From: Bacteroidia bacterium
GTDB taxonomy: Bacteria; Bacteroidota; Bacteroidia; NS11-12g; UBA9320
Length of the DNA stretch: 64,000 bases
Direction: 5' to 3'
NCBI GenBank assembly: GCA_965216465.1
Contig: CBDCFW010000004.1
Location: 64,001 to 128,000 of the forward strand
The first letter of the stretch is position 1, and every line of letters starts with the position of its first letter. Below, piece after piece: positions 1 to 8,661 of this stretch. The notes beneath the pieces are model-generated. The model searched no databases, was not told the DNA's origin, and was given only the letters and a program-made list of their open reading frames with translations. The position numbers and the translations under genes were made by a program.

Positions 1-92
1 GTTGCTGCTTGAGCCTCATTTTGAGGGTTAGAGCATGATGTAAAAAAGAAAAGTCCTAATGAGGTAAATAGAATTAAAGATTTCAGCTTCAT
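1..92 (-). CDS. Lipoprotein, N-terminal part (runs off the window edge)
   Basis: Manual translation from ATG at 92: MKLKSLILFTSLGLFFFTSCSNPQNEAQAA; basic N-terminus, hydrophobic core, lipobox-like FTSC. Confidence 0.75.
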   Translation of the reverse strand, partial: MKLKSLILFTSLGLFFFTSCSNPQNEAQAA

Positions 93-153
93 GCATAGAT
101 AACTGAAATCTCAAGGTGCTTAGTATGGATTTAAAGATCTTCGTTCTATCGAA

Positions 154-2562
154 CTATCCAAAATACCCATAACGAGGGTACAAGAATTCTGTACCGGTAA
201 TCTTACCTAATCCTTCTGCATAATGACGCATAGCTTCTACAAGCCCTGGAATTAACATGTGATTCTCGTTACTGTCTGTTGGGAAGAGAGCCTTCCATCC
301 ATTGAAAGTACCTAGGCTAAGATCAAAGTCTTGAAGTTGTTCATACAACCCAGTAATTCTTCCGCAGTAAGCTAATAAACCACTGGTGTTGTAATGGTAG
401 TTCTCTTCAAGGTTTTTAGCATTCTTTATTTTTAAAGCGTTGATAGCTTTTCTAAAATCTTTAGCCGTTGTAAGTACTCGAATATCATCAGTTAACCCAC
501 CTGTGAACGACTTAGCCGTGTTAAGAATAGCATTTGGTCTGAGATCAACAAATCCATTGTTACAGATTAACCAGTTAATGAAATCTTCTTTGTCTAAACG
601 GTAGGTTTTGCAAATTTCTTCAATGGTTTCTAACAGCGTATAGTTATTTGTTAAGATTAAATCTAACGGAGCAAAATAAGGTCCTGCAATAATCTCATCT
701 TTACCTTCAGAATTGGTGAAAATGATAGGCGTACCCAGTGAGGTAATCGCTCGAACTGTTTGCGTAATTGCTGTATGCAAACCGTTGTAGAAAGTTTTAA
801 TAAAGCCTTTAAGTTCCCCTTTAAATCCTGTAAAGGCCGCAACGTCTTCAACGGTTTTAATGGTCAACATTTGCCCAAAGGTTGCTGCTAACCCATTGAT
901 GTCCTTTCCATAATCAAGTACATCCTCGAGTAATAACTCGGGAGTATTGTGGTCAACAAATTGACGCACTTCTTGCTCTTTATATTTAGATGTAACTAAC
1001 GTTGAAACAAGTTTTGGACTTAAGTTTTTAAGCTTATGCATCAAGATAAATAAGCCGTGCATATGCAACTCAGCCTGATGTTTACTTGAACCCAATTCTT
1101 GGAAAGCTTTTGTAGTAAATGCACTGGTTTGGTAACGTCTAAACTCTTTACGGTTGTTGAGTAATGCAAAAACCAAACTTGAGTTATCGGTTTGGGTATA
1201 GTAGCAAATTCCATGTTCATCGAACCATGGGCTTTGCTGGTCGTCACCTAAAAATGCATTGTAAACCAAAACGTGAGCTAGCTCTTCTTGAGATGCAATT
1301 TTCATGTTAAGGTATAGGGAGTAGGCATTGTCTAAAGAAAAGAGACCATTCTCACCACTTCGAAGTGCATAGTTTACATTTAAACTTGGGATATTGTCTT
1401 TTTCATTCCCGAAATTAAAATCTGTCTTTTCAGCAGGATTACCTTTTTCATCAACTACCGGATGCTGTGTAGATACGGTCTTCGATGGAAAGATTTTATT
1501 CAATAAGCGTTGCCCTTTTTTATCTTGAGTAAGTTTCAGGTCAAAAGGTAAAGTGTTGTCTTCATCAGCTATTCTAAACTTACGAGATACACCGCTGCTC
1601 AAAGGCAAGGTGCTGCTTTGGTAGATGTAATCAATTCCAATCGCCGAAGCAGTTACTAAACTTTTTAGTCCAAAGTTTGAATAATGAATGGTAAGCTCAT
1701 TTGCATAGAATTGCTTCTCTTTTAGTAAGTCACCTAAAGAGGAGTGAGCATATCCTAGCTTAATTACAGGTTCGCCACCAATAATTTGGTACATACCTCC
1801 AACAGAGGTAGTGTGTGCCATTAAAACTTCTTCAGAATGATGCTTTTTGATATCTCCAAAGTCTTCAGCAAGACCTTTCAGAATTTCTTTTTTAATTGAA
1901 CGCTCGATAGTTTTTTCGGTATCGCCGTCAGACAAGCCGTGTTTATCTAATAATCGATCAATTGACTCAAAGTGATAAGTCGCAACACTTGGAACAGGAA
2001 TACCGCTAAATACTGCACGAAGCTTTTCGTCTTCGTCAAGACCTAGCTTGGTTTTAATTTCCTTTATATATGCTTCAAATGGAGAAGTGGTTCGTGACGC
2101 TTCCGAAATAAGAAAGTCAATCTTCTCTTGTTTATCGTTAATGCCGTTAAGAGCTTCTTCCAAATTGGTTTGAAACTTTGGAGCAGCTAATAGAATTCTG
2201 AAATGCAGAAGAACAAATCCATCAAACAGAAGCAATAATTTGTCGCTTTCTTTTTCAAGGGTTTCAAACTGTTGCTTGCCAAATACTTGATAAAGTTTTG
2301 TGCAGAATTGCTCTATTTGATCAAAGTTTATACCGGTTATTACCAGCTCTGGTTTTTGGTCTGAAAGAACAGGACTTGAATTCTTGATGTACGAGAACGA
2401 ATCAAGAACCTCAATTACAGCTTGACCACCAACAGCACCGGTACCGCCAAAGAATACCATTTTAAAGTTAAACGGATTGGCATTTTTGCCAGATGCAAGT
2501 TCTTTTAGTTTTAAGTAAAAGGACTGGTGTTTGTGTTTTATAAAATCGTCTTTTGTTAGCAT
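154..2562 (-). CDS. Hypothetical protein, 802 aa, with N-terminal Rossmann-like motif
   Basis: Long ORF; MVFFGGTGAVGGQ fits a GxxGxxG dinucleotide-binding loop; TATCTTTG promoter element upstream on the minus strand. Confidence 0.8.
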   Translation of the reverse strand: MLTKDDFIKHKHQSFYLKLKELASGKNANPFNFKMVFFGGTGAVGGQAVIEVLDSFSYIKNSSPVLSDQKPELVITGINFDQIEQFCTKLYQVFGKQQFETLEKESDKLLLLFDGFVLLHFRILLAAPKFQTNLEEALNGINDKQEKIDFLISEASRTTSPFEAYIKEIKTKLGLDEDEKLRAVFSGIPVPSVATYHFESIDRLLDKHGLSDGDTEKTIERSIKKEILKGLAEDFGDIKKHHSEEVLMAHTTSVGGMYQIIGGEPVIKLGYAHSSLGDLLKEKQFYANELTIHYSNFGLKSLVTASAIGIDYIYQSSTLPLSSGVSRKFRIADEDNTLPFDLKLTQDKKGQRLLNKIFPSKTVSTQHPVVDEKGNPAEKTDFNFGNEKDNIPSLNVNYALRSGENGLFSLDNAYSLYLNMKIASQEELAHVLVYNAFLGDDQQSPWFDEHGICYYTQTDNSSLVFALLNNRKEFRRYQTSAFTTKAFQELGSSKHQAELHMHGLFILMHKLKNLSPKLVSTLVTSKYKEQEVRQFVDHNTPELLLEDVLDYGKDINGLAATFGQMLTIKTVEDVAAFTGFKGELKGFIKTFYNGLHTAITQTVRAITSLGTPIIFTNSEGKDEIIAGPYFAPLDLILTNNYTLLETIEEICKTYRLDKEDFINWLICNNGFVDLRPNAILNTAKSFTGGLTDDIRVLTTAKDFRKAINALKIKNAKNLEENYHYNTSGLLAYCGRITGLYEQLQDFDLSLGTFNGWKALFPTDSNENHMLIPGLVEAMRHYAEGLGKITGTEFLYPRYGYFG

Positions 2563-2609
2563 TATTTCCTGTCTAATTTAGGGCAGGCAAAGATAACAAA
2601 AGAGTGGTT

Positions 2610-2981
2610 TTATGCAGCCACATTGAAATAATTATATAACAGTGATTTTAACTGATTCATATTAGAGGGTTTAGACAAGTAATCGTTTATACCGCCAGCT
2701 TCTAAATCGCTTTCAATTTCGTTGTATGGAAGGCTGGTAAATGCTACTATTGGAGTAGTAGAATCTGACTCACGAATCGCTTTGCTTGTTTCAAATCCGT
2801 TGAGTTTAGGCATAATGATGTCTAATAATATTAAATCGTAGTAATCTTCTTTATAAGCAGATAGAGCAGAAATACCGTCATAAGCTATTGTGTTTTCAAT
2901 GTTAAGGTCGTTTAAGATTTGAGCAATCGAACTTGCTAAAATTTGATTGTCTTCAGCAATCAATACTTTGTAGTTTGACAT
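2610..2981 (-). CDS. Single-domain response regulator (CheY-like receiver)
   Basis: VLIAED, DLILLDIIMPKLNG (phospho-Asp), AFTS, YLSKP; no output domain. Confidence 0.93.
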   Translation of the reverse strand: MSNYKVLIAEDNQILASSIAQILNDLNIENTIAYDGISALSAYKEDYYDLILLDIIMPKLNGFETSKAIRESDSTTPIVAFTSLPYNEIESDLEAGGINDYLSKPSNMNQLKSLLYNYFNVAA

Positions 2982-3015
2982 TTGTTAATAGTTGTAGTTT
3001 AGGTAGAAATATTAT

Positions 3016-3031
3016 TTCAAACCTTTTGCCA
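3016..3031 (-). promoter_or_regulatory. Putative sigma54 (-24/-12) promoter of the response regulator
   Basis: Minus strand TGGCAAA-AGGT-TTGAA versus consensus TGGCACG-N4-TTGCW; predicted start near 3005, 24 nt before the ATG. Confidence 0.55.
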
Positions 3032-3061
3032 AAATACCAAAATATCTTGAAAGTAGTTGAA

Positions 3062-3074
3062 AATCAGAATATTG
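3062..3074. promoter_or_regulatory. IHF-consensus site
   Basis: AATCAGAATATTG matches WATCARNNNNTTR, about 60 bp upstream of the predicted sigma54 start. Confidence 0.45.
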
Positions 3075-3112
3075 AAGCTAGTGTGGCAAGAAGAGTTGTC
3101 AGGATTATGGGT

Positions 3113-3643
3113 CTACAATTTAGATAAAATTCCAGAATTTAGACTAGCAAACTTCTTTAGCGAGGTCCACATGGCCATCTTTTCTTCTTTTGATTTCAAA
3201 GCTTCCATATTGGGTGAAAAAAGAATGTTTGAATGTTTCTGAGATAACAGTTCTTGTTCTTTCGTCGGCGACAATCCGATGGTCCAAATGCAATCGTATT
3301 GGTCTATAGAATTGGGTACGTCGTTTTCACCAATAATATACTTCGAACAATTGGGGTAAGATAGGGCACCAATAGTTTTAGAAAAATTGGAATTAGCTTG
3401 CTTGAGTTCATCTTTGATGTTATCGCTAGCTATGATAATAAATGGATGTTTCTCGACAATATTAGGCTCAATTTTCTGCTCTTTTTGAGGTTCGTTGAAT
3501 TGCTCGCCTGGGTCTTCAGCTTGAACAGGTTCAGGCTCTGTTGCGGGTTTATCAACTTGTACTTGAGCTTCTTGTCTATCTTGAGGAAGAATTACGAGCC
3601 TTTTGTACAGCAAAGAAATATCATCGGAATTCGGTTCGAACAC
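3113..3643 (-). CDS. Hypothetical protein; C-terminus reminiscent of DNA polymerase III psi (HolD)-like proteins
   Basis: 176-aa ORF with acidic Pro-rich linker and C-terminal EEKMAMWTSLKKF; TACCTTTG lies 4 nt before the GTG. Confidence 0.5.
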   Translation of the reverse strand: MFEPNSDDISLLYKRLVILPQDRQEAQVQVDKPATEPEPVQAEDPGEQFNEPQKEQKIEPNIVEKHPFIIIASDNIKDELKQANSNFSKTIGALSYPNCSKYIIGENDVPNSIDQYDCIWTIGLSPTKEQELLSQKHSNILFSPNMEALKSKEEKMAMWTSLKKFASLNSGILSKL

Positions 3644-3697
3644 AGAACAAAGGTATAAACATTCTGAAATTAATTGAATTGGGCTTACCTTTGGCCC

Positions 3698-4747
3698 GTG
3701 AATATAGTGTTCTCTCCAGTTGAAGAATCTCGATTATCTCAGGTCGACTTCAACAATCTTGAATTTGGAAAAATCTTTACAGACTACATGTTAGTATCGT
3801 CTTACGATGGAACATCTTGGTCAGATTATAGTATTGAGCCTCTGAAACCATTACCTATTCATCCAGGAGCGTCAATGCTTCACTACGGGCAAACCGTTTT
3901 TGAAGGACTAAAAGCATATAAGTCTGATAATGACCAAGTAAATCTTTTTAGATTGAGAGATAACATGGAAAGATTGAATACCTCGGCAGAAAGAATGCAG
4001 ATGGCACAAATAAATGTAGATGATGCTATAGCTGGTATTACTCGATTTGTAGAAGAACAAAAAGATTGGATTCCAACTAAGAATAATGGTTCGCTCTACG
4101 TTCGTCCATTTATCATTTCTACAGATGATACCTTGAGAGCCAAGCCAAGTGATACGTATAAATTCATTGTTATTGCCTGTCCTGTAGGTTTCTATTATGA
4201 TAATCCCTTAAAAATTTACTTAGAACGTAAGTTTAAAAGAGCTGCTACCGGCGGAGTAGGGTACGCAAAAGCCGGTGGAAATTATGGAGCGTCATTCTAT
4301 CCTGGGGAAAAGATTAAGCACGATGGGTTTGATCAAATCTTATGGACCGATATAACGAACGACTATACACTCGAAGAATTAGGTTCTGCCAACTTCTTTT
4401 ATATGCGTGGTAATGTCTTGGTTACTCCGAAATTAAGAGATAGTATTCTAAAAGGAATTACACGCGATTCAATTATTCAACTGGCAAAAGACCAAGGCAT
4501 CGAAGTAAGTGAAGAGTTAATTACAGCAAAGCATTTTGAAGAAGATCTTTTTCATGGAAGAGTGAAGTGTATGTTCGCCACAGGTACTGCCGCTTCAGTT
4601 ACTTTTGTAAATTCAATAACAATTGATGACAATACGTACACCGTTGATTCAGTTCAGCATGAAGCTGTTCAAGCGTTAAAAGCAAAGATTGATGGAATTA
4701 AGTTCTTGGAAGAGACGGATGCCCACAATTGGAATTTTCTAGTGTAA
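3698..4747 (+). CDS. ilvE: Branched-chain amino acid aminotransferase
   Basis: LHYGQTVFEGLKAY, LYVRPF, AKAGGNYG (PLP Lys), ILKGITRDS, TGTAA. Start moved from TTG 3674 to GTG 3698, which follows TACCTTTG. Confidence 0.93.
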   Translation: MNIVFSPVEESRLSQVDFNNLEFGKIFTDYMLVSSYDGTSWSDYSIEPLKPLPIHPGASMLHYGQTVFEGLKAYKSDNDQVNLFRLRDNMERLNTSAERMQMAQINVDDAIAGITRFVEEQKDWIPTKNNGSLYVRPFIISTDDTLRAKPSDTYKFIVIACPVGFYYDNPLKIYLERKFKRAATGGVGYAKAGGNYGASFYPGEKIKHDGFDQILWTDITNDYTLEELGSANFFYMRGNVLVTPKLRDSILKGITRDSIIQLAKDQGIEVSEELITAKHFEEDLFHGRVKCMFATGTAASVTFVNSITIDDNTYTVDSVQHEAVQALKAKIDGIKFLEETDAHNWNFLV

Positions 4748-4916
4748 AAGTATTTAACGTGATAGAAGAGCTTAGCTAGTTGAGTAAGTTTACTATTTGC
4801 GGGTCATTCTTCATTTGTAAAGAGCACAAAACCAGCATTTTATAATTTCGTTGGGTATCTTAATTTTTTATGTCATCCCAAAATGAGACAATTTAACTAT
4901 TCCACATTTAGGCTTG

Positions 4917-4929
4917 CAAAGTGTTGATA
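4917..4929. promoter_or_regulatory. IHF-consensus site
   Basis: Reverse complement TATCAACACTTTG matches WATCAANNNNTTR. Confidence 0.4.
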
Positions 4930-5074
4930 ATCTTGGAATTTCCTTTAAATCGGGAGAAATTATCTAAATTTATACCAGATATGGCACATTGGAAAAGTGT
5001 TCGAATTCTGCCATAATTCTAAAAATTAGAATAAAGTGTCTATAAATGGGAATATTTTGAGGGGTTAAAAATGT

Positions 5075-5087
5075 TAATCGACTGATA
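5075..5087. promoter_or_regulatory. IHF-consensus site upstream of the sigma54-like promoter
   Basis: Reverse complement TATCAGTCGATTA matches WATCARNNNNTTR, at about -56 to -44 from the predicted start 5131. Confidence 0.5.
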
Positions 5088-5104
5088 ATCAGCATAGTTA
5101 ACTT

Positions 5105-5120
5105 TGGCATCATATTTTCA
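5105..5120 (+). promoter_or_regulatory. Putative sigma54 (-24/-12) promoter
   Basis: TGGCATC-ATAT-TTTCA; spacing puts +1 at about 5131, where the first hairpin begins. Confidence 0.55.
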
Positions 5121-5130
5121 TATATAGTAG

Positions 5131-5231
5131 TGTACCGCAAGGTACGCATGGTTAATAATTTTCATCATAAGTAGTAGTTTAGTATTTTATCTTTGAAATT
5201 AAGTCCTGGTCTATAAGGCCGGGACTTTTTA
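5131..5231 (+). ncRNA. Candidate small RNA (~100 nt)
   Basis: 5' hairpin GTGTACC-GCAA-GGTACGC (GNRA loop), AU-rich middle, strong intrinsic terminator; lies in a 510-bp gap with no ORF of 60 aa or more. Confidence 0.6.
5201..5231 (+). terminator. Intrinsic terminator
   Basis: AAGTCCTGGTC-TATAA-GGCCGGGACTT followed by TTT ATTT; G-U pairs favour the + strand. Confidence 0.85.
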
Positions 5232-5257
5232 TTTCGTTAAATTTCTACACTAAAAAC

Positions 5258-6334
5258 TTGAATTTCAGAGCTTATACATATTTCCTACTTGTTTCAATAC
5301 TGCTACTATATCCAAAATTAAGTAGATCTCAACTTTATGAATTAACGGGAGAAGACTTCTATGTTTACTTCGATTCTGATAGCTACGAGCTTACAAAAAA
5401 ACAGCAAGAGGTAATTAAACAGAAGCTAATTGGTATCGGAACAACCAACATCAAGGAGATTTATATTGAAGGGCATACCGATAGTTTTGCTTCAGATAAG
5501 TACAACCAAGTATTAGCTCAACATCGAGCAGAAGCAACTTCAGCATACTTGTTAAGACTGGGTGTGCCTGAAAGATTTATAAAACTTGAAAGTTTCGGAG
5601 AGTCTCAACTCATTTCAGATAACCAGCAGAATAATAGACGTGCAAAAATTTATGTTGTGCACGAAACAGATTTAAAGTCAGTGGTATATCCTCCAAAGTT
5701 TATACGTGTTCGTACAATCAATAGCCAGACTAAAAAGCCTATAAAGGCAAATTTGGGCTTTGGCTATAAGGATAAAGAAATGAAGTTTAGCTCAACTGAT
5801 CGATACGGCTACTCACCGGTGCTTTCTTTGTTGAGTGGTGATCTTGAAATTTCTGCTTCTTCAGATTATTACTTGAGTCAATACATGAAACTTCCTCCGG
5901 GTGATGTCGATAAGCCAGTAGATACACTCGATTATGTTCTTGAACTGGTGCCGGTTAAAATTACAGGGAAGTTTACCTTTAACAGCATCTATTTCTTCAC
6001 CGATAGTGACTCAATTCGACCAGAATCAACCACAGAGCTTCACAAGCTACTAGCAGTATTACAACGCAATAACAGTGCCTACATAGAAATTCAAGGACAC
6101 ATGAATTATCCTATAGACCGCCCTAGAAGTAGCGTACAAGACCGTTACAATATGGAACTGAGTTACAAACGTGCAAAGGCAGTAAATGACTTCTTGGTTC
6201 GAAGTGGAATTGATCAAGAGCGATTAACCTATAGAGGAATGAGTAATACACGAATGAAATTTCCGCTACCTGGAAGTAAGGCTGAAGAAGATCAAAATAA
6301 GCGAGTTGAAGTGTATACGCTTAAGCCCTTATAA
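5258..6334 (+). CDS. OmpA-family protein with two OmpA C-terminal-like domains
   Basis: Signal peptide; VYFDSDS..IEGHTDS..YNQVLAQHRA..NRR and IYFFTDS..IQGH..LSYKRAKAV..NKRVE. Confidence 0.88.
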   Translation: MNFRAYTYFLLVSILLLYPKLSRSQLYELTGEDFYVYFDSDSYELTKKQQEVIKQKLIGIGTTNIKEIYIEGHTDSFASDKYNQVLAQHRAEATSAYLLRLGVPERFIKLESFGESQLISDNQQNNRRAKIYVVHETDLKSVVYPPKFIRVRTINSQTKKPIKANLGFGYKDKEMKFSSTDRYGYSPVLSLLSGDLEISASSDYYLSQYMKLPPGDVDKPVDTLDYVLELVPVKITGKFTFNSIYFFTDSDSIRPESTTELHKLLAVLQRNNSAYIEIQGHMNYPIDRPRSSVQDRYNMELSYKRAKAVNDFLVRSGIDQERLTYRGMSNTRMKFPLPGSKAEEDQNKRVEVYTLKPL

Positions 6335-6344
6335 TTTCTCATCA

Positions 6345-8210
6345 TTAGTTGTTGAGATCCCAACGAATATTTAAACGCATAATTCGAGGCATCATAGGAT
6401 AGGTGGGCGAGCTGTAATAAGCATTCGTCATCAATGCCATTTGAGCATGAAAGAATTCAACTCCAAAATTGAAGCTTTTAACCTTCGAATTAATGTATGG
6501 GTTAATCGGTGGATATGCAGTGAAAGATTCGTTTGAATTGTGCCATTGTCTTGTAAGAGCATTGTACACGGGAGCGTTATACTCACTAAACCAAAACGAC
6601 CTTACCCCAACCTGAACCAGGAGATTTTTTTTGAAGGTCTTGAATTGGGTATAAACGTCACAGCTTAATGCAAGATCTGGTCGCGGCAATACCACCTGAT
6701 TTGATGAGTTTTGGAATATAGCTTGTGTAGATATTCCAAAATGCTTACGGGCAAGCTTATAGTTAAGTTTTAATTGAACCAAAGTTACCAAGTCATCATG
6801 TTGGGCGATTGCTGTGTCCGGAGTGAAATAAACAACATTGCCCATGTTCTCGATAAAGGCTGATGCTACAAATTGTTGATTGGCTTTGCCTATTCTTAAA
6901 TCGCCAAAAAGCTTATTGTTAAATGTTTTGTCAAATTGATTTGTCCAGGTTTTACCATTTGAAATGAACTGCTGATAGAGGTATTGCGGCTCTATGAGTT
7001 GCGATCCAATTCCTGCATTGAAAGACCATTGTTTGAGGTTCCCTCCCAACTTCGCATTTAAGTTGTAGTCTCCCGTATTATATCCTAAAATCCCCAGCTG
7101 AAAGCGAGCGTTTAAATCAAACCGATTAAACGAAAGCTTAGCTGCAGAATTAAGGTTTAAATTATTCCAGTTCTTTTCTATACCGTTGTTATAGATTTTG
7201 TGAATTGAATGTTCGAGACCCCCACGTATTGCAGCACCTTGTCGTTTTAAGGCTATTCCAAATTCGTTGGTGATACTATTGTGTTGAATTGAGTCTTTAT
7301 AAGGGTCAAGATTAAAGCCGTAAAATGCTGAATCAGGAAGATTGTCTTCCAGCTCGTTTCTGATTGCATTATAACTTGACTTCAGGTAGGCCTGAGCATT
7401 AAATCTCGACAAATTGTGAATCTCACTGCTATCTTTCACTGCACTATTTAACCGATAGAATTGCACCACCGAGAATTTATTTTGGTATTGGCCACCTAAG
7501 GCACTGGCAAAAGCAGCTGCATTGTTATCGATTTTATTTCTTCCAGATAGCAATTCATAATCTTGAAGCTTGGTTATTCCTCCACTTTCAACATTTTTTG
7601 ATTTGTTCCACAAGTAGGAGAATACAACTTCGTATCTGCGGTCTTTCGAATAATAACCTGTGTAAAATCGCGTATTAAACAAATTACTCATTCTAATGCT
7701 ACCGATGTTGGCAATATTGGAGTAATAAAAGTTTTGATTTTTAAGCCGACGATAGTCTACTCCAAATGTCAAGCGTTTTGAAATCTGTTGAGCATGGGTA
7801 GCCTCAATGCTTAGCATTTCATTTCTGCCCTGAGAATAATTCAGCCGCGTAAATGGTCGATCGGTTTGATATATTTTGATGGAGTCGTTGTAGAAAAACG
7901 CATCCATTGTATTAATTCCCAGTTGAAGTCCTATGTGGTTTTTGTTATCGCCGGATATTGGTAGTGAGTATGATCCCTCTAATCCTAAGTCAAGAAATGG
8001 AAACTGATCAGAATAAGGTGCGTAGTAGTTATAAAAACCATTAAGACTAGTATCAATTTTAGAAACACTATCGTCCATAAAAAACAGGCTTTCCTGATTC
8101 ACAAATGTTGTACTAACCGGCTTGTAACGATGTACATCTGAAGTGTCAAGTATCTGGGCATTTGAGACCCATGCGATACAGGTAAGAATTAGGATAAGTT
8201 GTTTTCTCAA
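6345..8210 (-). CDS. Putative outer-membrane beta-barrel (putative porin family)
   Basis: Signal peptide, alternating beta strands, C-terminal YP..PR.MRLNIRW typical of the Bacteroidota putative porin family. Confidence 0.75.
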   Translation of the reverse strand: MRKQLILILTCIAWVSNAQILDTSDVHRYKPVSTTFVNQESLFFMDDSVSKIDTSLNGFYNYYAPYSDQFPFLDLGLEGSYSLPISGDNKNHIGLQLGINTMDAFFYNDSIKIYQTDRPFTRLNYSQGRNEMLSIEATHAQQISKRLTFGVDYRRLKNQNFYYSNIANIGSIRMSNLFNTRFYTGYYSKDRRYEVVFSYLWNKSKNVESGGITKLQDYELLSGRNKIDNNAAAFASALGGQYQNKFSVVQFYRLNSAVKDSSEIHNLSRFNAQAYLKSSYNAIRNELEDNLPDSAFYGFNLDPYKDSIQHNSITNEFGIALKRQGAAIRGGLEHSIHKIYNNGIEKNWNNLNLNSAAKLSFNRFDLNARFQLGILGYNTGDYNLNAKLGGNLKQWSFNAGIGSQLIEPQYLYQQFISNGKTWTNQFDKTFNNKLFGDLRIGKANQQFVASAFIENMGNVVYFTPDTAIAQHDDLVTLVQLKLNYKLARKHFGISTQAIFQNSSNQVVLPRPDLALSCDVYTQFKTFKKNLLVQVGVRSFWFSEYNAPVYNALTRQWHNSNESFTAYPPINPYINSKVKSFNFGVEFFHAQMALMTNAYYSSPTYPMMPRIMRLNIRWDLNN

Positions 8211-8213
8211 TCT

Positions 8214-8618
8214 TTAATCTTTCGTTACGAAGGTATATGTTTCTGAAACAATGTTGTCGACCAGGTCGCCAGCTATAATTAATACATCGTAGCTGATGCT
8301 GTCAGTCGAAGGAATTGTATACACTGTGTCTAACGTGAATGTGCTATCGCCAATTACCTTGCTGAACGAGAACCCGTTGTCGTTAAAATTGTTTGGAACC
8401 ATCTGAAATTGAACCTCATTGAGCTCGTAATTGTCTGTAAACGTGATTTTTATCGGCAATTGACCTTTTGATAAATATACAGAATCTTCGATAGGCGACT
8501 CGATAGAATAGCTTGGATTTTCGTTGTCTTCAACCGAATCGTATTCAGGAATGTTAAATTCATCCTTGCAGCTAAAGAGTATCATCAGTGTAGAAAAAAG
8601 AAATAGTATTTTTTTCAT
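8214..8618 (-). CDS. Lipoprotein with Ig-like fold (DUF4625-like)
   Basis: Start moved to MKKILFLFSTLMILFSC (lipobox); P.Y.IESP..ITFTDN..L..AGD..DN pattern. Confidence 0.7.
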   Translation of the reverse strand: MKKILFLFSTLMILFSCKDEFNIPEYDSVEDNENPSYSIESPIEDSVYLSKGQLPIKITFTDNYELNEVQFQMVPNNFNDNGFSFSKVIGDSTFTLDTVYTIPSTDSISYDVLIIAGDLVDNIVSETYTFVTKD

Positions 8619-8661
8619 GTTGCAAATAACATAAATTCTGATGAGACTATCTTTGCTCTTC

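Noticed and set aside
4982-4998. TGGCAC as a second sigma54 site
   Set aside because: No -12 element at the required spacing (AAAA instead of TTGC).
5118-5168. Minus-strand mini-ORF MMKIINHAYLAVHYYI
   Set aside because: Both hairpins have G-U pairs that favour the plus strand, and I see no minus-strand promoter.
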